A stretch of DNA of 64,000 bases from a virus (Duplodnaviria; Caudoviricetes): positions 17,256-81,255 of IMG/VR virus record IMGVR_UViG_2740891861_000008; one strand, written 5' to 3'. The notes beneath the pieces were generated by a model that was not told the DNA's origin, did no database searches, and saw nothing but the letters and a program-made list of their open reading frames with translations. A program made the position numbers and the translations under genes. Shown here one piece after another: positions 59,529 through 64,000 of the stretch (positions are counted from its first letter, which is position 1; the number at the start of each line of letters is the position of its first letter).

Positions 59529-62297
59529 ATGCAACAGGACGAATTCCGGAAGTGGCTTGTCGCTCAGGGCCAGACGGAGGCAACTGCCTCGTCTCGGGCG
59601 AGCAGCGCCAGGCGCGTTGAACAGTATCTGGGCGATCTGGACGAGTTGTTCGCGCAAGAGGATCGGGACAGCGTCCTTAACCGTTTTGCCTACACCGCCG
59701 AGGATGAACGGGCAGAACGTCCCAATCCCTCGCCTGTCCCGATCGACGGTGTATTGCGCACGGGTCTTGCCAGCCTCCAACAAGCCCTGAAGCTGTACCA
59801 TTCCTTCCTGACCGAACAATCCAATGTGCCTGACAAGGCCGAACATCAGGCATTGGTCGACCGCCTCACCCGCAAGGAAATCGAGGCGGCGATGCAGGAA
59901 TGCGATCAACTTGGTCTGAAGGCGTTCCTCGCCCGTGGTGGCTTTGCCAGCCCGCAGGTCTGGGTCAGCGATGAAGGCAAGGATCAGACCTATCCCGCGA
60001 AGGCCACCGTCGCAGCAGCTTTGGGGCATCTTCCCGATGGCCGCGCCCTCGCAGCGAAGGAATTCTTCAACGGCTTCGGAGAGGCGCAATCATTCGCCAA
60101 ACTTGAGGCTCTCGGGTTCCAGATCATTCGCAAGGGGACCAATGGCAAGGATGACGCCTTCACTCGCGAGAGGATCGAGGGTGCGATGGACGCCTACGAA
60201 GAGTTCCGCAGGTCAGGTGCACATGCCGATGCGTTCTCGAGTTTCGGCGAGCCGAAGGATTTTTGGGTGCGGTCCAGCCGCCCGCGCCAGGACAAGCGCT
60301 TCCCGACGAAGCCAATTGTCGGGTACCTCTTGGGCAAGGCGTCGAACACATTCAATGGCGGGTGGAGCCAACCGGGCGACGCAGCCGCAAGACTGCATGC
60401 GGCGGGCTACGTCATCGTCGATCAGCATGACACGCCGCTGCCGCTGCCCGACCAACACACCCATCTGATGCGCGGGGCGGAACGCGCGCGGCTCGTCGCC
60501 CTGAATTACTTCATCGAGCCTGCTCGGGAAGCCGGGCTGTCTGCGGTTACGATCCGCGCCGGAGATCTGCATGACATGTCGGGCCTTGTGAAGAACTGGG
60601 CGAATGTCTGTCAGGCGCTCGAAGGCGAATTGTTTCAGAAGCTTGCCTCTGTCCTGGCGCCCACGCGCTCCGGACCGGAGCGCAGTACAACGACCGAATA
60701 CACCTTCGTCCTGGCACAGGACGGGGCTTCGAAGGACGAGATCATGCCACACGCCGTTCAGACTGCGACCACCAACCTGATCCTCTACGGACCTCCAGGC
60801 ACCGGCAAAACCTACCAGACTGCGTGGGAGGCGGTTCGCCTCTGTTTGGGCGACGCAGTTGCTGCTGATCTCTCCGGCGAGAACAACCGTGATCGGTTGA
60901 TGGCGGAATACCGGCGCTTGATGACGGAGAAGCGGATCGAGTTCGTAACCTTCCACCAGTCGATGTCCTACGAGGAATTCGTCGAGGGGCTGAGGCCGAA
61001 TACCGGCCAAGATGGGCCGGATGCGGTGCCTGACTCCACAGCCAATGCGGCCGGATTCCGCTTAAAGGACGAGCCCGGGATATTCCGGACAATTTGCGCG
61101 CGGGCTGAGCGGGACTCCGGAGAGAACGCGGACGCAAACCGGCTTGATCGTTCGCGGCGCATCATTCGACTCGGACTTACAGGGACTAACTGGCGAGAGA
61201 AACTCGACCGGGCCATTCGCGAGGAAACAGTCGAGTGGCCCCATGGCGGTGATGTGGACTGGTCACCTCCCGAGTACGACAGTTGGGATGCTGTTAAGGC
61301 GAAACGACAGGAGGAGGAGCCCGAGATCATCGGGAACCATCCGACAGTTTATGGGACGTGGTTGTTTCGTGGCGCAGAACCCGGTGACTACGTGGCACTC
61401 ACCGTAGGAAAGGGGAGGATCGTCGCGGTCGGAAAGCTGAAAGGCGAATATCAGTTCACATTGGGCGTTTCTGGTCAGCCGCCTCGCCACTCGCGTGCCG
61501 TGGAATGGCTGTGGCACAGCATAGAGGGTGTGAGTCGCGCCGGGATCTACGGTAAAGATTTCACTTCCTTTCATACGGCCTATCCATTGCTCGAGGATCA
61601 ACTGACATGGGACGTACTGGACACCGTGATATTCGGCCCGAAGGCTATGCCGCAACTTGAAGTGGCGCGGCCCTTCGTCCTGATCATCGACGAAATCAAC
61701 CGCGCCAATATCTCGAAGGTCTTTGGCGAACTGATCACGCTCCTGGAACCGGACAAACGCCTCGGGCGGCGCGACGAAATCCAGCTGACCTTGCCCTATT
61801 CGAAGAAGCGCTTCGGGGTGCCGCCCAACCTGCATATCATCGGCACGATGAACACGGCCGACCGTTCGATTGCGCTGCTGGATACCGCCCTGCGCCGTCG
61901 GTTCACCTTCAAGGAACTGATGCCGGATCCGGACATTCTTTCGCCGAACGTCGGCGGGATCAATCTGCGCGAGTTGTTGAAGACGATCAACGAACGCATC
62001 GAGTATCTCTTCGACCGTGAACACCAGATCGGGCACGCCTATTTCAGCGGATGCAAGTCTGCGGAAGAAGTCGAGGACGTGATGCGGCACAAGGTCATTC
62101 CGCTGTTGGCGGAGTACTTTTACGAGGAATGGACAAAGGTGGCCGCTGTTCTAGGTGATTCACCAAATGCGAAAGCGGCTAGATTTCTAGAAGTCATCCC
62201 ATGGAATAAGTCTGTCATGATTGGCGACGATTTCACCGGTGAAAAACTGCGCTGGCGCGTGAAGGACGCATTCGACTTCTCCGAGTTCAAAGCCTGA
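59529..62297 (+). CDS. mcrB: McrB-family AAA+ NTPase with multiple accessory domains
   Basis: GPPGTGKT, FVTFHQSMSYEEFVEG, IIDEINR, MNTADRS, LRRRF. Confidence 0.92.
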   Translation: MQQDEFRKWLVAQGQTEATASSRASSARRVEQYLGDLDELFAQEDRDSVLNRFAYTAEDERAERPNPSPVPIDGVLRTGLASLQQALKLYHSFLTEQSNVPDKAEHQALVDRLTRKEIEAAMQECDQLGLKAFLARGGFASPQVWVSDEGKDQTYPAKATVAAALGHLPDGRALAAKEFFNGFGEAQSFAKLEALGFQIIRKGTNGKDDAFTRERIEGAMDAYEEFRRSGAHADAFSSFGEPKDFWVRSSRPRQDKRFPTKPIVGYLLGKASNTFNGGWSQPGDAAARLHAAGYVIVDQHDTPLPLPDQHTHLMRGAERARLVALNYFIEPAREAGLSAVTIRAGDLHDMSGLVKNWANVCQALEGELFQKLASVLAPTRSGPERSTTTEYTFVLAQDGASKDEIMPHAVQTATTNLILYGPPGTGKTYQTAWEAVRLCLGDAVAADLSGENNRDRLMAEYRRLMTEKRIEFVTFHQSMSYEEFVEGLRPNTGQDGPDAVPDSTANAAGFRLKDEPGIFRTICARAERDSGENADANRLDRSRRIIRLGLTGTNWREKLDRAIREETVEWPHGGDVDWSPPEYDSWDAVKAKRQEEEPEIIGNHPTVYGTWLFRGAEPGDYVALTVGKGRIVAVGKLKGEYQFTLGVSGQPPRHSRAVEWLWHSIEGVSRAGIYGKDFTSFHTAYPLLEDQLTWDVLDTVIFGPKAMPQLEVARPFVLIIDEINRANISKVFGELITLLEPDKRLGRRDEIQLTLPYSKKRFGVPPNLHIIGTMNTADRSIALLDTALRRRFTFKELMPDPDILSPNVGGINLRELLKTINERIEYLFDREHQIGHAYFSGCKSAEEVEDVMRHKVIPLLAEYFYEEWTKVAAVLGDSPNAKAARFLEVIPWNKSVMIGDDFTGEKLRWRVKDAFDFSEFKA

Positions 62298-63613
62298 TGC
62301 CCCCCTGGTCGGTTCGCGAATGGGAGGCCGTGCCCTATGGCGATGAGGAGGGATGCATTCCAACGCATCTTGCCCAGCGACTTTTTGCACTGGCCAAGGC
62401 ATCCCCCTTCGCCGGGCGTGGCGGCGGTGGTGTGCTGAAACGTGAGGATGATCGGATAAAGGCGCAGGGCGTGGTCGGCGTTCTGGCGGTGCCGGGCTGC
62501 ACGCTGGAAATCCTGCCGAAGATCGATGTCGGCGAAAAGGAAGGATCGGCACAAGAGACGCGCGAAATCCGCAAGCGCCTTGTCCACATGCTGGCGGTGG
62601 CTCTCGACCTGAAGATACAGACCGGGCGCATGACCGACCTCGACTGGCAGCGCGAAACGCTGCTGGAAATCCTGATCCGCATCTTTTGCAACAAGCTGAC
62701 CGAGGCGGTGCGACGGGGCATGCCGCGGCGCTACACCCTGCACGATGATGACCTGCCGACCTTGCGGGGATCGCTGGATATCCCGCGCCAGTTTACCCGC
62801 CATCTCGCAAACCCGGGCCGTCTCGCGTGCCGCTATGACGAGTTGTCCGAGGATATCGCCCTCAACCGCATCATGAAGGCGACCATCGCGCATCTGGCGG
62901 GCATGTCGCGCAACGCGACGAACGTCCAGCGCCTGCGGGAACTGGCCTTCGTCTATGCCGAGGTTGCGGAAGTGCAGCTCCCGGCCCTGCGGTGGGACGA
63001 TGTTGTCATCGACCGCACCAACAGTGCTTGGCAGGAACTCTTTGGAATGGCGCAGCTGTTCCTGCGCAACCGGTACCAAACGACCAGTGCTGGGTCGGGG
63101 CAGGGATCGGCCCTGCTCTTCGAGATGAATGCCCTGTTCGAGGAGTACATCGGCCGTCTGGTGACGCGGGCGCTGGCGGGGTCCGAATTCCGCGTGACCC
63201 TGCAGGGTGGCCGCCTATTTTGTCTGACGTCGGTCGATGACGAACGTGCGGTTTTCCAGACCAAGCCCGACATCCTCATCAAGCTTGGCGATCAGGTTGC
63301 CCATGTGATCGACACCAAATGGAAGCGGATTTCCGACCGGATCGACGATCCGAAACAGGGGGTCTCCCAGGCGGACGTCTACCAGATGATGGCCTACGCC
63401 CACCTCTATAAGGCCCCGCGCCTGACGCTGCTTTATCCCCACCATGCGGGTTTGGGTGACGAGGAAGGGATCCGCGCGCGGTTCCGTGTGACGGGTCAGG
63501 AAACGCTTCTGGAAACGGCGAGCTTTGACATCTCCACCGGTACCGAACTGGTGGACCGCATTCGTGCTCGGATACTCACTGGCCTCGAAGAAATGTCCCC
63601 CTCAATCCCGTGA
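62297..63613 (+). CDS. mcrC: McrC-family PD-(D/E)xK nuclease
   Basis: EILPK, MNALFEEY, KPDI..IDTKWK, DVYQMMAY; TGATG overlap with mcrB. Confidence 0.92.
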   Translation: MPPWSVREWEAVPYGDEEGCIPTHLAQRLFALAKASPFAGRGGGGVLKREDDRIKAQGVVGVLAVPGCTLEILPKIDVGEKEGSAQETREIRKRLVHMLAVALDLKIQTGRMTDLDWQRETLLEILIRIFCNKLTEAVRRGMPRRYTLHDDDLPTLRGSLDIPRQFTRHLANPGRLACRYDELSEDIALNRIMKATIAHLAGMSRNATNVQRLRELAFVYAEVAEVQLPALRWDDVVIDRTNSAWQELFGMAQLFLRNRYQTTSAGSGQGSALLFEMNALFEEYIGRLVTRALAGSEFRVTLQGGRLFCLTSVDDERAVFQTKPDILIKLGDQVAHVIDTKWKRISDRIDDPKQGVSQADVYQMMAYAHLYKAPRLTLLYPHHAGLGDEEGIRARFRVTGQETLLETASFDISTGTELVDRIRARILTGLEEMSPSIP

Positions 63614-63812
63614 GGGCGAACGGCCAGCCCCTGCGAGGTGCACAATTGTGCCCATCACTCCGTGAGACAAGCAGGGCAGCACCTGACATCATCAACTCGC
63701 AGCGAATCCCTGCTGCTCGTTGACATCGTGAATCCATGAACCGGGCCGGGCGATGCGCCGCGGTCGAGGCGTCTGGCGCTTGCCTCGTGGCAGGCTTCGC
63801 CCGGCTCGGATT

Positions 63813-63905
63813 TCACCTGCACGCCCGTGCCTGATCGCGCAACACGGCGTAATCGCCGAGCATCCGGACGATGACAGCCTCTCCCGGCAAAGCCTCGACC
63901 TCATC
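63813..63905 (-). pseudogene. 3' end of a phage lysis (spanin-like) gene cut by an IS end
   Basis: Translates DEVEALPGEAVIVRMLGDYAVLRDQARACR*; family recognised from memory. Confidence 0.5.
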
Positions 63906-64000
63906 GTAAGCGTCGCCTGAACCCCACCTTCCTGGCTTGGTCGTAATCGGCTGATTGGAGCCTGATGTTGATCAGGACGGAGTTTCTCCATGGAGGCTGG
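63906..64000 (+). mobile_element. Probable left end of an IS66-family element
   Basis: Starts GTAAGCG exactly where the phage ORF breaks; ATG at 63990 could start tnpA. Confidence 0.5.

Noticed and set aside
59140-59790. ORFs containing HNLKAAGSNPAPAT (also 51662-51961)
   Set aside because: Spurious translation of the tRNA fragment

Overview
GC-rich alphaproteobacterial (Rhodobacteraceae-like) DNA that is almost entirely accessory. Three partial copies of the 3' half of tRNA-fMet (36878, 51886, 59204) divide it into four tandem integrative elements. The intact tRNA gene is predicted left of the window. Element 1 (<1-36877) is a largely intact lambda-like prophage with head/tail, terminase, replication and integrase genes. 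Its cargo: a Zn-finger/HEPN protein, a solo PIN protein, RES-Xre TA, type III RM followed by a receiver/kinase pair, and a GIY-YIG-like gene coupled to a Ppl-like PHP-ATPase. It also has an IS3-disrupted MTase and a C5-MTase whose motif IX lies in a fully overlapping second frame. Element 2 (36925-51885) is a decayed defence island (CapW/BrxR-like WYL, Eco57I/MmeI-like MTase, HEPN, PLD, integrase, DUF6880-like) mixed with fragments of a second prophage; that prophage's terminase is split by a 1.8 kb plasmid-like BrnT/BrnA segment. Element 3 (51933-59203) is an internally deleted satellite-like element with cold-shock/DUF3825-like and GIY-YIG cargo. Element 4 (59249->64000) carries a multi-domain McrBC, a phage lysis-gene remnant and a probable IS66 end. 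All family calls come from motif recognition by eye; no database searches were run.
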